From: Chloroflexota bacterium
Lineage (GTDB): Bacteria > Chloroflexota > Limnocylindria > Limnocylindrales > CSP1-4
Length of the DNA: 64,000 nt
Direction: 5' to 3'
Assembly: GCA_021787395.1 (NCBI GenBank)
Contig: JAJYLZ010000010.1
Location: 4,030 to 68,029, forward strand
Part shown: piece by piece, positions 38,709 through 48,553 of the stretch
How the letters are laid out: the number at the start of each line of letters is the position of its first letter
How positions within the stretch are numbered: the stretch's first letter is position 1
Notes under the pieces: generated by a model
The model's database searches: none
What the model saw: the letters and a program-made list of their open reading frames with translations, nothing else
What the model was told of the DNA's origin: nothing
Made by a program: the position numbers and the translations under genes

Positions 38709-40163
38709 CTAGGGTCGGACCGCGGCCATCCGGTCCAGGATGAGCCGCTTGACGCCCTCGAGGGGAACGCGCTCCTGGGTCATCGTGTCGCGGTCCCGGA
38801 CGGTGACGGCGCCGTCGTCGAGCGAGTCCACGTCCACGGTCACGCACCAGGGCGTGCCGATCTCGTCCTGCCGCCGGTACAGCTTGCCGATCGCCGCCGT
38901 GTCGTCGTAGACGGCCATCAGGTCGCGCTTGAGGTCGCCCAGGAGCCTGTGGCACAGGTCCACGATCTCGGGGCGCTTCTTGAGCAGCGGCAGCACGGCC
39001 ACCTTGTACGGCGCGAGGTCGGGGTGCAGCCCCAGGACCACGCGCTTCTCGCCGCGGACCTCCTCCTCGCGGTAGGCGTCGATCAGGAACGTGAACGCGG
39101 CCCGGTCGGCGCCCGCGGCGGTCTCGACGATCCACGGGATGAAGTGCTCGCCGGAAGCCTGGTCGAAGTACTCGAGGTTCTCGCCCGAGGCCCGCGCGTG
39201 GTTGCCCAGGTCGAAGTCGCCCCGGTTGTGGATGCCCTCGAGCTCCTTCCAGCCGAACGGGAAGCGGTACTCGACGTCGATCGCCTTCTTGGCGTAGTGG
39301 GCCAGCTCGTCCTTGGCGTGCTCGCGGAAGCGGAGCCGCTCGGGCGTGACGCCGTAGGCCTCGTACCAGGCGCGGCGCTTGGGCAGCCACATCTCGAACG
39401 CCTCGGCGGCGCCCTCCTCGGGCCGCACGAAGTACTGCATCTCCATCTGCTCGAACTCGCGCATCCGGAACACGAAGTTGCCGGGGCTGATCTCGTTGCG
39501 GAACGACTTGCCGATCTGCGCTATGCCGAACGGGATCTTCTTGCGCGAGCTCTGCTGGACGTTCTTGAAGTTGACGTAGCTGCCCTGCGCCGTCTCGGGC
39601 CGGAAGTAGACGACGTTGGCGTCGTCCTCGACCGGGCCCATGTGGCTGGTGAACATCAGGTTGAACCGGCGGGGCGCGGAGAGAACCTTGCCGTCCACCG
39701 GGCAGGCGAGGCCCAGGCGCTGCGTGACCGTCTCGTCGCGGAGGTCGGTCTGGGTCAGCTCCTCGGTGCCCGGCAGCTCGTCGAGCCGGTAGCGGCGGTG
39801 GCACTCCGGGCACTCGACCAGCGGGTCCGAGAAGCTGCCGACGTGGCCCGACGTCACCCACACCTGGGGGTGCATCAGGATCCCCGCGTCGAGGCCCACG
39901 ATGTCGTCGCGGTCCTGGACCATCGCCCGCCACCAGGCCCGCTTGACGTTGTTCTTGAGCTCCACGCCCAGGGGCCCGTAGTCCCACACGGCGTTGATGC
40001 CGCCGTAGATCTCGGACGACGGGAAGATGAAGCCGCGGCGCTTGGACAGCGAGACGATGGTCTCGAGGTTGGCGACGGCAGGTGCGACGGCGTTGGGGTC
40101 GACGTGGTCGGGGGTCACGGGGAGGTCGGGCTCCGGTGGGTCGCGCGGCCGTGGCAGGGACAC
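38709..40163 (-). CDS. glyQS: Glycine--tRNA ligase (class II, homodimeric type)
   Basis: Motifs: [52 protein letters not shown]. The start may be GTG 40118 rather than ATG 40163. Confidence 0.93.
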   Translation of the reverse strand: MSLPRPRDPPEPDLPVTPDHVDPNAVAPAVANLETIVSLSKRRGFIFPSSEIYGGINAVWDYGPLGVELKNNVKRAWWRAMVQDRDDIVGLDAGILMHPQVWVTSGHVGSFSDPLVECPECHRRYRLDELPGTEELTQTDLRDETVTQRLGLACPVDGKVLSAPRRFNLMFTSHMGPVEDDANVVYFRPETAQGSYVNFKNVQQSSRKKIPFGIAQIGKSFRNEISPGNFVFRMREFEQMEMQYFVRPEEGAAEAFEMWLPKRRAWYEAYGVTPERLRFREHAKDELAHYAKKAIDVEYRFPFGWKELEGIHNRGDFDLGNHARASGENLEYFDQASGEHFIPWIVETAAGADRAAFTFLIDAYREEEVRGEKRVVLGLHPDLAPYKVAVLPLLKKRPEIVDLCHRLLGDLKRDLMAVYDDTAAIGKLYRRQDEIGTPWCVTVDVDSLDDGAVTVRDRDTMTQERVPLEGVKRLILDRMAAVRP

Positions 40164-40309
40164 GCGAGCGGGATGCGGACGTCGGGGTGCGCGGGGCGCC
40201 GGCCGATCCTAGCAGACGGACCGCGTGGCGCCGCGACCATCCGGCGCCGCGACCATCACGTAGCGCGCCTGCATCTGCAGCCGAACGCGCCACAACGCCT
40301 CGCCCACAC

Positions 40310-40329
40310 GATTCATCGGGGATTCATCG
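40310..40329 (+). promoter_or_regulatory. Direct repeat GATTCATCG-gg-GATTCATCG (11-nt period), 25 nt upstream of the response-regulator gene
   Basis: An exact 9-nt direct repeat with one helical turn of spacing. This geometry is used by OmpR/PhoB-family regulators. Confidence 0.4.
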
Positions 40330-40353
40330 CAGCAGACTAGACTCGACCTCGCC

Positions 40354-41058
40354 ATGAAAGCCCTCCTGGTCGAGGACGACGTCCGGCTGGCCGGGCTGAT
40401 CAGCCGGGGCCTACGACGCGACGGCCACGCCGTGGACATCGCGAGCACCATCGAGGATGCGCGCTGGCACGCGACCGAGGCGGTGTACGACGTCCTCGTG
40501 CTCGATGTGATGCTGCCGGACGGCGATGGGTTCGGCCTGTGCCGTGAGCTCCGCTCCGCTGGGAACTGGACGCCCGTCCTGCTCCTCACGGCACGTGACG
40601 CGATCGAGGACCGGGTCCGGGGCCTCGATGTCGGCGCGGACGATTACCTCGTCAAGCCGTTCGCAATGGCCGAGCTGTTCGCGCGCCTGCGCGCGCTCGC
40701 CCGGCGCGGCGCGAGCGCCCGCCCCAGCGTTCTGGTCTCGGGCGACCTCCGGCTCGACCCGGCCACGAGGCAGGCGACGGTCCGCGGTCGGGACATCGCC
40801 CTGGTCGGGCGCGAGTTTGCGCTCCTCGAGTACTTCCTCCGCCACGAGCACGAGGTGCTGACCCGCGGGAGGATCATCGACGAGGTCTGGGACTGGGCCT
40901 TCGAGGGCAATCCGCGCATCGTCGACGTGTATGTGCGGGCCCTCCGCATCCGGCTCGTCGGCGGCCGCCAGACGCCTAGGATCGAGACCGTCCGCGGCGT
41001 CGGCTACGTGCTCCGCGGCCCGCCTGCCGCCGTCGCCGCAGACGGCCCGCACCCGTGA
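40354..41058 (+). CDS. OmpR/PhoB-family response regulator
   Basis: 234 aa. Receiver motifs: LLVEDD, VLVLDVMLPDGDG, DDYLVKPF. Winged-helix motifs: LTRGRIIDEVW, VRGVGYVL. Confidence 0.92.
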   Translation: MKALLVEDDVRLAGLISRGLRRDGHAVDIASTIEDARWHATEAVYDVLVLDVMLPDGDGFGLCRELRSAGNWTPVLLLTARDAIEDRVRGLDVGADDYLVKPFAMAELFARLRALARRGASARPSVLVSGDLRLDPATRQATVRGRDIALVGREFALLEYFLRHEHEVLTRGRIIDEVWDWAFEGNPRIVDVYVRALRIRLVGGRQTPRIETVRGVGYVLRGPPAAVAADGPHP

Positions 41059-42398
41059 CCGTCCGCCTGCGGCTCGCGCTCAACTACGTCGCCGCGATCG
41101 CGCTGACGGTCGTCCTCGTCGCGGCCCTCACCTGGTGGCAGTTCGACGCGGCGCTGCGGGCGTCGCTCAACCAGACGCTCGAGGCGAGCGCGGCAGCCGT
41201 CGCGACCAGCCTGGAGAACAACGGGCAGTCAGGGCTGCAGGAGTCCAACACCGGCGGTCCACCGGGCGTCTTCGTCGTGATCTTCGACGCCGGGGGCGCC
41301 CTGGTCGACTCGAGCGCCGGGGCGCCTCCGAGCCTTGTGCTGCCCTCCCCCGCGGCCGGGGCGCACGCCGTCACGAGCCGCGGTGTGGACTTCGCGGTCT
41401 ACGCGGTCAAGAGTCCCGGCGGTGGCATGGTCGTCGCAGGCAGCAGCCTCGCCTCGATCGACGCCACCGAGGAGCGCCTGGCCCAGTCGCTGCTCGCGGT
41501 CGGGGCCCTGGCAGCGTTCGCCTCGCTGGCCGGCGGCTGGTGGCTCGCGAGGCGGGCGCTGCGCCCGGTCGCCCAGATCACCGCCGAGGCCGAGCGGATC
41601 GGCGCCGCCGACATCGAACGGCGGCTCCCCGTGCCCCGCCAGCATGACGAGCTGTGGGCGCTGGCGACGACCCTGAACGAGATGCTCGAGCGGGTCGGGC
41701 GCGCCATCGGACGACAGCGGTCGTTCGTGGCCGCCGCGTCGCATGACCTGCGCACCCCGATCGCCGCGCTCCGGGCCGAGCTGGAGTTGGCCCAGGACCC
41801 GCGGACGACGGAGGCGGAGCTGCGCGAGGCGGTACGGGCAGCCCACGCCGACACGATCCGCCTCGGGGAGCTGGCATCCGCCCTGCTCGACCTCGCGGCG
41901 GCGGACGCCGACGGCCGGGAACTTGTGCGCACGCCGGTGAGCCCGGAGGACCTCTTGGAGTCGGTTGTCCGGCGCGTCGAGCCGTTGGCGCGAGAGCGCG
42001 GGGTCCGCATCGACGCGAGCGCCCCTGACGTCATCGTGCGTGTGGACCGGGTCCGGCTCGAGCAGGCGCTGTCGAACCTCGTGGCGAACGCGATTGCGTA
42101 CGGCCCCCCGGGCGGGACGGTCGAGGTCATCGCGAGTCTGGACGCGGGCGAGCCGGAGACGCCGCGCGGCACGCCGGCGCGGCTGACGATCGAGGTCCTC
42201 GACCGCGGGCCGGGCCTCCCGCCCGAGCTGGCGACGGGTCGGTTCGAGCCGTTCCGCCGGGGCCCGAACGCGGTCGGCCCGGGAGCCGGACTCGGCCTGG
42301 CGACGGCTGCGGCCGCCGTCCGCGCCCACCGCGGAACGATCGAATCCGAGCCCAGGGCGGGCGGCGGGACTCGGTTCCGGATCCACCTGCCTGCGTGA
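41055..42398 (+). CDS. Membrane sensor histidine kinase (2 TM, HAMP, HisKA, HATPase_c)
   Basis: GTG 41055 overlaps the regulator stop (GTGA). H-box ASHDLRTPIA; N/G boxes NLVANAIAYG, DRGPGLP, GAGLGL. Confidence 0.9.
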   Translation: MTVRLRLALNYVAAIALTVVLVAALTWWQFDAALRASLNQTLEASAAAVATSLENNGQSGLQESNTGGPPGVFVVIFDAGGALVDSSAGAPPSLVLPSPAAGAHAVTSRGVDFAVYAVKSPGGGMVVAGSSLASIDATEERLAQSLLAVGALAAFASLAGGWWLARRALRPVAQITAEAERIGAADIERRLPVPRQHDELWALATTLNEMLERVGRAIGRQRSFVAAASHDLRTPIAALRAELELAQDPRTTEAELREAVRAAHADTIRLGELASALLDLAAADADGRELVRTPVSPEDLLESVVRRVEPLARERGVRIDASAPDVIVRVDRVRLEQALSNLVANAIAYGPPGGTVEVIASLDAGEPETPRGTPARLTIEVLDRGPGLPPELATGRFEPFRRGPNAVGPGAGLGLATAAAAVRAHRGTIESEPRAGGGTRFRIHLPA

Positions 42399-42554
42399 TC
42401 GCCATCCGGGCGACGGGGTGACCGGCGGGACGCGAGCTCCGTGAACGCCAGATGAATCCGAATGGTGCGCTCCTTTACCGGCGGCTCACGAACCTGCTCC
42501 TAGGCTGGCGACAGGCTTCGACACACAGCCGAGGCAGCAGACAGGAGCAACACC

Positions 42555-42791
42555 ATGAAGCTTGATCGTCGTCGCCGCATCGCGGCTCTGGGTCTGGCCG
42601 GTTCGCTCGCCCTGATGGGCGTCGGGACGGGCGTCGTCGCGGCCGCCGGCCCGACCGGGACGACTGGCGAGAGCGGGGTGGAGGCAGCGGCCACCGAGAC
42701 CGAGTCCACCGGCGTCGAGGCCGACGGCCCGGGCGGGCACGCCGACACCCCGGGAATTGACGTGAACCACGAGTTCAACGGCGAGGAGTAG
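42555..42791 (+). CDS. Small secreted acidic peptide (78 aa), unknown function
   Basis: AGGAGC lies 7 nt upstream of the ATG. The N-terminus KLDRRRRIAALGLAGSLALMGVG resembles a signal peptide with an Arg cluster. The mature part is Gly/Thr/Glu-rich and ends GGHADTPGIDVNHEFNGEE. Confidence 0.5.
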   Translation: MKLDRRRRIAALGLAGSLALMGVGTGVVAAAGPTGTTGESGVEAAATETESTGVEADGPGGHADTPGIDVNHEFNGEE

Positions 42792-42850
42792 GCCCTCGCT
42801 GGACCGGACGCCGCTCCGACGCGGGCGGCGTCCGGTTTCGAGGCGATCCG

Positions 42851-43477
42851 ATGCGCATCCCCCGACTCGCTCTCCACCCCACTCGTCGCCACGCCTCCGC
42901 CACCCGCTGGGCGGCGGCCGCCTGGGTTGCGGCGCTCGCGATCCTCCTGGCCTCGTGCGCCGCAACGCGTCCGCCAGCCAGCCCCGGGAACTCGTCAGCC
43001 GGCGCCGGCGTGAGCCCCGTCGTGCCGACGCCCATCACGATCGCGCCAACGCCGACGCCCGTCGCACCGTCCGCGTCGTCCGACACCGCCTCGGTCGCGG
43101 CGACGCCAGCCGCGACGCCGCAGGCCGCCCTGCCAACCCCCGGCGTCGCGTTCACGCTGTTGAGGATGGCCTCAAGAGCAGACCCAGCCTCGACGGCCCC
43201 GGACGCGACCACGTTCGTCTCCAGCTATGGGTCCAGGGCGCCGACCATGTTCGTCGTCTTCGCCCTCCGGCCAGGCCTTGCGGGAACCGTCACGTGCACC
43301 ATCGACGCCAATGGGGTGCGCACCGCCGGTCCGATCTCCCTCGCATACGGGCCGACCAACAGCTGGGGCGACTTCAGGATCACCTCGCGCGGGACCTTCG
43401 CCACGGGCAGCTACCGGGCGACGGTCGTCTTCGTCCCGACGGGCGAGTCGGCGACGGTGGACTTCACCGTGCACTAG
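42851..43477 (+). CDS. Putative lipoprotein with Pro/Thr/Ala linker, unknown function
   Basis: Lipobox LLASC, then a low-complexity PT-rich linker and a C-terminal ~100-aa beta-rich domain. Confidence 0.55.
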   Translation: MRIPRLALHPTRRHASATRWAAAAWVAALAILLASCAATRPPASPGNSSAGAGVSPVVPTPITIAPTPTPVAPSASSDTASVAATPAATPQAALPTPGVAFTLLRMASRADPASTAPDATTFVSSYGSRAPTMFVVFALRPGLAGTVTCTIDANGVRTAGPISLAYGPTNSWGDFRITSRGTFATGSYRATVVFVPTGESATVDFTVH

Positions 43478-43594
43478 GGTGATCCTGCCGCGCCTCGCCG
43501 GGGCGGCAGGCCCGAGTTCTTGCCCTGGCGCGCCCGCCACGTCCCGAACGCGCCATACTCGGGGTGCCCACGCGAGCGCACGGAGACCCACGCG

Positions 43595-45103
43595 ATGAAC
43601 AAGTTCGTCGGTGCCCTCGACCAGGGCACCACGAGCACCCGGTTCATGATCTTCGACCACGCCGGCGGCGTGGTCGCGATCCACCAGAAGGAGCACGAGC
43701 AGCTCTTCCCGCGGCCCGGCTGGGTGGAGCACGACCCGGCCGAGATCTGGGCGCGGAGCCGGGAGGTCATCGAGGGCGCGCTCGCCGGCGCCGGCCTGAC
43801 CGCTGCCGACCTCGCCGCGGTCGGCGTGACCAACCAGCGGGAGACCGCGATCGTCTGGGACCGGCGCACGGGCCGGGCGGTCGCCAACGCCGTGGTATGG
43901 CAGGACACCCGCACCGACGCGCTGATCCGGGGCTGGGCGGCCGAGAGCCCGCTGGGGCCGAATCGGTTCCGCGCCTCGTGCGGCCTCCCGCTCGCCACGT
44001 ACTTCTCGGGACCCAAGATCCGCTGGATCCTCGACAACGTCCCCGGCGCCCGCGAGCGGGCCGAGGCCGGCGACCTCCTGTTCGGGACGCCCGACACCTG
44101 GGTGATCTGGAACCTGACCGGCGGCCCGGACGGCGGCCGCCACGTCACCGACGTCACCAACGCCAGCCGCACGATGCTGATGGACCTGCGGACGCTCGCC
44201 TGGGACCCGGCGACGCTCGACGCGATGGGCATCCCGGCCGCGTTGATGCCCGAGATCCGCTCCTCGTCGGAGGTGTACGGGACGGCCGCCGGCGCGCTGG
44301 CGGGCGTGCCGATCGCGGGCGACCTGGGCGACCAGCAGGCCGCCCTGTTCGGCCAGACGTGCTTCGCCGCGGGCGAGGCCAAGAACACCTACGGCACCGG
44401 CTGCTTCATGCTGCTCAACACCGGCGAGCGCATCGTCCCCTCCGAGCGCGGGCTGCTGACCACGATGGCCTACCGCATCGGCGACGGGGCGCCCGTATAC
44501 GCCCTCGAGGGGTCGATCGCGATCGCCGGGGCGCTGATCCAGTGGCTGCGCGACAACCTGGGCATGATCACCTCGGCCGCCGAGGTGGAGGCCCTCGCCA
44601 AGACCGTGGACGACAACGGCGGCGTCTACTTCGTGCCCGCGTTCTCGGGGCTGTTCGCCCCGTACTGGCGGTCGGACGCCCGGGGCGTCATCGCCGGGCT
44701 CACGCGCTTCGCCAACAAGGGGCACCTGGCGCGGGCCGCGCTCGAGGCCGTCGCCTGGCAGACGCGCGAGGTCCTCGACGCCATGAACGCCGACTCGGGC
44801 GTGCCGCTGGCCACCCTCAAGGTGGACGGCGGCATGGTGGGCAACGAGCTGCTGATGCAGTTCCAGGCCGACGTGGTGGGCGTGCCGGTGATCCGCCCGA
44901 GGGTGGCCGAGACCACGGCGCTGGGCGCCGCCTACGCCGCCGGGCTGGCCGTCGGCTACTGGCACGACAAGGAGGACCTGCGGGCCAACTGGCAGGAGGG
45001 CCGGCGCTGGGAGCCCGCCATGGACCCGGCCCGCCGGGACCGCGAGTACGCCGCCTGGAAGAAGGCGGTCACCCGGACGTTCGACTGGGTGGAGGACGCG
45101 TGA
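43595..45103 (+). CDS. glpK: Glycerol kinase
   Basis: Starts at ATG 43595. Motifs: [59 protein letters not shown]. Confidence 0.95.
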   Translation: MNKFVGALDQGTTSTRFMIFDHAGGVVAIHQKEHEQLFPRPGWVEHDPAEIWARSREVIEGALAGAGLTAADLAAVGVTNQRETAIVWDRRTGRAVANAVVWQDTRTDALIRGWAAESPLGPNRFRASCGLPLATYFSGPKIRWILDNVPGARERAEAGDLLFGTPDTWVIWNLTGGPDGGRHVTDVTNASRTMLMDLRTLAWDPATLDAMGIPAALMPEIRSSSEVYGTAAGALAGVPIAGDLGDQQAALFGQTCFAAGEAKNTYGTGCFMLLNTGERIVPSERGLLTTMAYRIGDGAPVYALEGSIAIAGALIQWLRDNLGMITSAAEVEALAKTVDDNGGVYFVPAFSGLFAPYWRSDARGVIAGLTRFANKGHLARAALEAVAWQTREVLDAMNADSGVPLATLKVDGGMVGNELLMQFQADVVGVPVIRPRVAETTALGAAYAAGLAVGYWHDKEDLRANWQEGRRWEPAMDPARRDREYAAWKKAVTRTFDWVEDA

Positions 45104-46205
45104 CCGACGCGCCGGGATCCGCAGCCTCCCCGTCCCCGGCCACTGCCCGGGGACGGGAGGCCGTCCCGCGACGCGTCGCGGTGGTCGTGGGACCGGCGCC
45201 GTCGGCGCCTTCCTGGGCGCCACGCTCGAGGCGGCCGGCTGGGACGTGACGCTGCTCGGTCGTGGCGGCGTCGGCCGCGAGGCCAAGGCGCCGCTGGTCG
45301 TCCACGGCCCGAAGGGTCGCCGCCGCGTGGTCAGCGTGCGGCTCGCCGGAGCGCCCGACGCCGCGCCCGATGCGCCCGACCTGGTGATCCTGGCCGTGAA
45401 GATGTACGACCTCGGCCCGGCGCTGGAGACGGCGTCACGCTGGCCCGACGCGACCCTCGCCACCGTGCAGAACGGCATCGGCGCCGAGGACCGGGCGGCA
45501 GCAGTCCGGACGTCGCCGCTGATCGCGCTCTCGCTGACCACCGCGCTCGAGCCGACCGCCGACGGCGTGGCGCGCCGGCGCGCGGGCGGGCTCGGGATCG
45601 CGCCCGTCCGGGGCGACACGGCGGCCCTCCGCCACGAGCTCGCCGACGCCTTCGCCGACGGCGGCCTGCCCACGGCGGCATGCCCCGACGCCGCCGCGAT
45701 GAAGTGGTCGAAGCTGCTGGCGAACCTCGTCGCCAACGCGTCGAGCGCGCTGCTCGACCTCGACGCCGGCGCCGTCTGGTCGGACCCGGCCGGGTTCGAC
45801 CTCGAGCGCCGCCAGCTGCTCGAGGCCCTCGCGGTGATGCGGGCCCAGGGCCTGCACGTGGTCTCGCTGCCCGGCGGCCAGGTCGGGGCGCTGCTGCTCG
45901 GGCTGCGGCTCCCTGCCACGCTGGCCAGGCCGGTCATGGCCGTCGCGATCGGCCGGGCGCGGGGCGGCAAGCCGCCCTCGCTGCGGCTCCGGCTCCGCGG
46001 CGGCGGGACCGGGCCCACGGAGGCGCCCTGGCTCAACGGCGCCGTGGCCGCGGCCGGGGCCCGGCTGGCCGTGCCCACACCGGTCAACGCCGCACTGGCA
46101 GCGCTCGTGGAGGAGGTCGCGCGGGACCCCGCCGCGGGCGACCGGTGGCGCGGCGACCCGGCTGCCCTGCACGCGTCCGCGGTCAACTGGAACCCGGCCC
46201 CGTGA
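45100..46205 (+). pseudogene. Ketopantoate reductase (PanE/ApbA) family gene with an apparent 1-nt frameshift in the Rossmann motif
   Basis: GTG 45100 overlaps the glpK stop and encodes ...RRVAVVVG in one frame. GTGAVGAFLGATLEAAGWDVTLLGRGG... continues in the -1 frame from the GGG run at 45189-45191. Downstream motifs (ILAVK, QNGIG, KWSKLLANL, TPVNAAL) are PanE-like. Confidence 0.6.
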
Positions 46206-46236
46206 CGCCCGCGCCGCGATCGTATACTCGGCCCTC

Positions 46237-46875
46237 GTGGACGCCCCCTCCATCCTCCGTGACCTCGCCGTCGTCGCCGTCAGCTATCTGATCGGCAGCG
46301 TTCCGTGGGGGGTGATCATCGCCAGGGTCGCCGGCGGTCCCGACCCGCGCACGATCGGCAGCGGGCGGACCGGCGGGTCCAACATGATGCGCGCGCTCGG
46401 CCCGCGCTGGGCGCTGCTGTCGGGCCTCCTCGACGCCGCGAAGGGCTCGGTCTCGGTGCTGCTGGCGTTCGCCGTCGGCGGCGGCGCCGGGCTGGCGGTG
46501 TTCGCCGGGCTGGCCGCGGTCATCGGCCACAGCCGCTCGATCTTCCTCGGCTTCCACGGCGGGCGGGGGATCGCGCCGTCCTGGGGCGCGCTGCTGGTGC
46601 TCCAGTGGTGGATCGCGATCGCGATCGTGCCCCTGTTCGCGGTCGTGATCCTGGTCACCAAGTACTCGTCGCTGGGCTCGCTCGTGGGCACGGCCGCCGG
46701 GGGGATCGTGCTCGCGGTGGCCACGGCCGTGCTGCCGCTCGACCCCTGGCTCTACGCCTATGCGCTGGGCGGGCCGATCCTGATCTACGCGTTCCACCAC
46801 GACAACATCGCGCGCCTGCTGGCCGGCACCGAGCGCAAGATCGGGACGCCCAGGGGCGCGCCGCCGAGCGCCTGA
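46237..46875 (+). CDS. plsY: Glycerol-3-phosphate acyltransferase PlsY
   Basis: 212 aa. Motifs: YLIGSVPWG, GSGRTGGSN, DAAKG, IGHSRSIFLGFHGGRG. Confidence 0.92.
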   Translation: MDAPSILRDLAVVAVSYLIGSVPWGVIIARVAGGPDPRTIGSGRTGGSNMMRALGPRWALLSGLLDAAKGSVSVLLAFAVGGGAGLAVFAGLAAVIGHSRSIFLGFHGGRGIAPSWGALLVLQWWIAIAIVPLFAVVILVTKYSSLGSLVGTAAGGIVLAVATAVLPLDPWLYAYALGGPILIYAFHHDNIARLLAGTERKIGTPRGAPPSA

Positions 46876-46933
46876 GCTTCGCGTACGCCCGCGCCCCGAC
46901 CGCTCGCGCCGGGGCGGGTGGAGTCGCCTCGGG

Positions 46934-48115
46934 TCAGCCCTCCGGCAGCAGCTCGGCCAGCAAGCGCAGCGCGTTCTCGCCCATGACCAGGCGGATCGAC
47001 GCCTCGTCGAGGCCCACCCGCAGCAGCTGGTCGGTCAGGACCGCGACGTGCGCGGCGTCGAACGGGACCTCCACGGCCCCGTCCCAGTCCGAGCCCAGGG
47101 CCACGTGCTCGGCGCCGATGCGCTCGACCGCGTACGCGATGCTCCGGGCGATCCACTCCGGCGCCTTGCCGCCCGACGCGACGTCCCAGAAGCCGATCCC
47201 CACCAGGCCGCCGGTCGCCGCGATCCCGGCCAGCTGCCGGTCGGTCAGGTTGCGCGGGCCGTGGGCGACGCCCCTCACCCCCGTGTGCGAGGCGACCACG
47301 GGCCGCGTCGCGACCTCGAGGGCGTCGTCGATCGTGGCCGCGGACGCGTGGGCGAGGTCGAGGACCATGCCGCGCGCCTCCATGCGCCGGACCATCTCGC
47401 GGCCCAGCTCGGTCAGGCCCCCCTGCTCCATGCCGTGGGCGGAGCCGCCGAACGCGGTGTCGAAGAAGTGGGACGGCGAGATCATCCGGATCCCGGCCTC
47501 GAACACGACGTCCACGTTGGCCGGGTCGTCGTCGAGCGCGTGGGCGCCCTCGATCGACAGCATCCCGGCGGTCAGCGAGGGGTCCCCGGCGCGGTCGGCC
47601 AGGTAGGCGGCCAGGTCGCCGCGGGTGCGGATCAGGCGGAACGCGCCGCCGGAGCGGGCCGCGAACCGCTCGGCCTGGGCGGCGAAGTTGAGCACACGCG
47701 CCGTCAGGCTGCGCCAGGTGGCCGGCGGCCAGCGCCTGGCGAGGGCGAGCGCGAGGACCTCGTCCGTGTCGCCGGTGTTGTGGTCGTAGTTCATGTGCCG
47801 CGGCGTCTTGGTCGGCATCGAGAACACCTGGAGCGCCACGTTGCCCGCCTGCATCCGCGGGATGTCCACGTGGCCCACCGGCGAGCGCCGGACCAGGTCG
47901 CGGCCGAACAGCAGCGAGTCCGCGTGGAGGTCCGCGACCCGCAGCGTGGCGTGGAGCTCGAGCGCCCGCTCCGACGGGGCCGGCCAAGGTCCGGGCGTGA
48001 CCGGGTTCATGCGGGCCTCGACCAGCGCGGCGAGCCGGTCGAGAGCCGGGCGCGTCGCGGCCGCCCCGACGGCGGCGGCGCCGGCGGCCAGGGCGAGCGT
48101 GCGGCGCGCGCCCAC
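46934..48115 (-). CDS. Membrane dipeptidase (peptidase family M19)
   Basis: Motifs: VADLHADSL, LSIEGAHAL, MISPSHFFDTAFGGS, VLDLAHAS, VASHTG, GSDWDG. Start trimmed to GTG 48115 so that it does not overlap the upstream gene. Confidence 0.85.
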   Translation of the reverse strand: MGARRTLALAAGAAAVGAAATRPALDRLAALVEARMNPVTPGPWPAPSERALELHATLRVADLHADSLLFGRDLVRRSPVGHVDIPRMQAGNVALQVFSMPTKTPRHMNYDHNTGDTDEVLALALARRWPPATWRSLTARVLNFAAQAERFAARSGGAFRLIRTRGDLAAYLADRAGDPSLTAGMLSIEGAHALDDDPANVDVVFEAGIRMISPSHFFDTAFGGSAHGMEQGGLTELGREMVRRMEARGMVLDLAHASAATIDDALEVATRPVVASHTGVRGVAHGPRNLTDRQLAGIAATGGLVGIGFWDVASGGKAPEWIARSIAYAVERIGAEHVALGSDWDGAVEVPFDAAHVAVLTDQLLRVGLDEASIRLVMGENALRLLAELLPEG

Positions 48116-48120
48116 GCCGA

Positions 48121-48540
48121 TCAGTAGGGCGACCGGCCGCGGGTGGGCCGGATCACGATCGGCACGTCGTACCGCTCGGCGTACTGCTCCGGGGTCCCGA
48201 ACGAGGAGATGATCCGGTCCATGTACTTGGCCAGGTACGCCGTGTGGTCGAGGATCGGGCCCACGCTCGGGTCCACGGCCGCCTCGCCCTCGATGAACAC
48301 GACGTCGCTGCCCGCGTCGTCGTTGAAGTGGAAGGAGACCCTCGGGTTCGCCGCGATGTTCCGGTTGCGCTGGGCGCGGTTGTCGCCGTAGACCAGGATC
48401 GTGCCGTCCTGCCACAGGAACCACACCGGCACGCTCTGCGGCTGGCCCTCCGGGGTGACGGTGGTGAGCCACGCGATCCGCTCGGTGGCGAGGCGCTCGA
48501 GGGCGCGCTGGTCGCGTTGGCTGCCGGAGTCGAAGATCAT
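48121..48540 (-). CDS. Pyridoxamine 5'-phosphate oxidase family protein (likely F420-dependent PPOX class)
   Basis: 139 aa. The split-barrel pattern (IAWLTTVTPEGQPQSVPVWFLWQDGTILVY...NIAANPRVSF) is typical of actinobacterial PPOX-class proteins. Confidence 0.78.
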   Translation of the reverse strand: MIFDSGSQRDQRALERLATERIAWLTTVTPEGQPQSVPVWFLWQDGTILVYGDNRAQRNRNIAANPRVSFHFNDDAGSDVVFIEGEAAVDPSVGPILDHTAYLAKYMDRIISSFGTPEQYAERYDVPIVIRPTRGRSPY

Positions 48541-48553
48541 CGGGGTCCCTCTG

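Noticed and set aside
40164-40353. A T-box leader upstream of glyQS.
   Set aside because: There is no T-box sequence (AAnnnGGGUGGUACCGCG-like) on the minus strand, and the gap is too short (190 nt, shared with a divergent promoter) for a full T-box.
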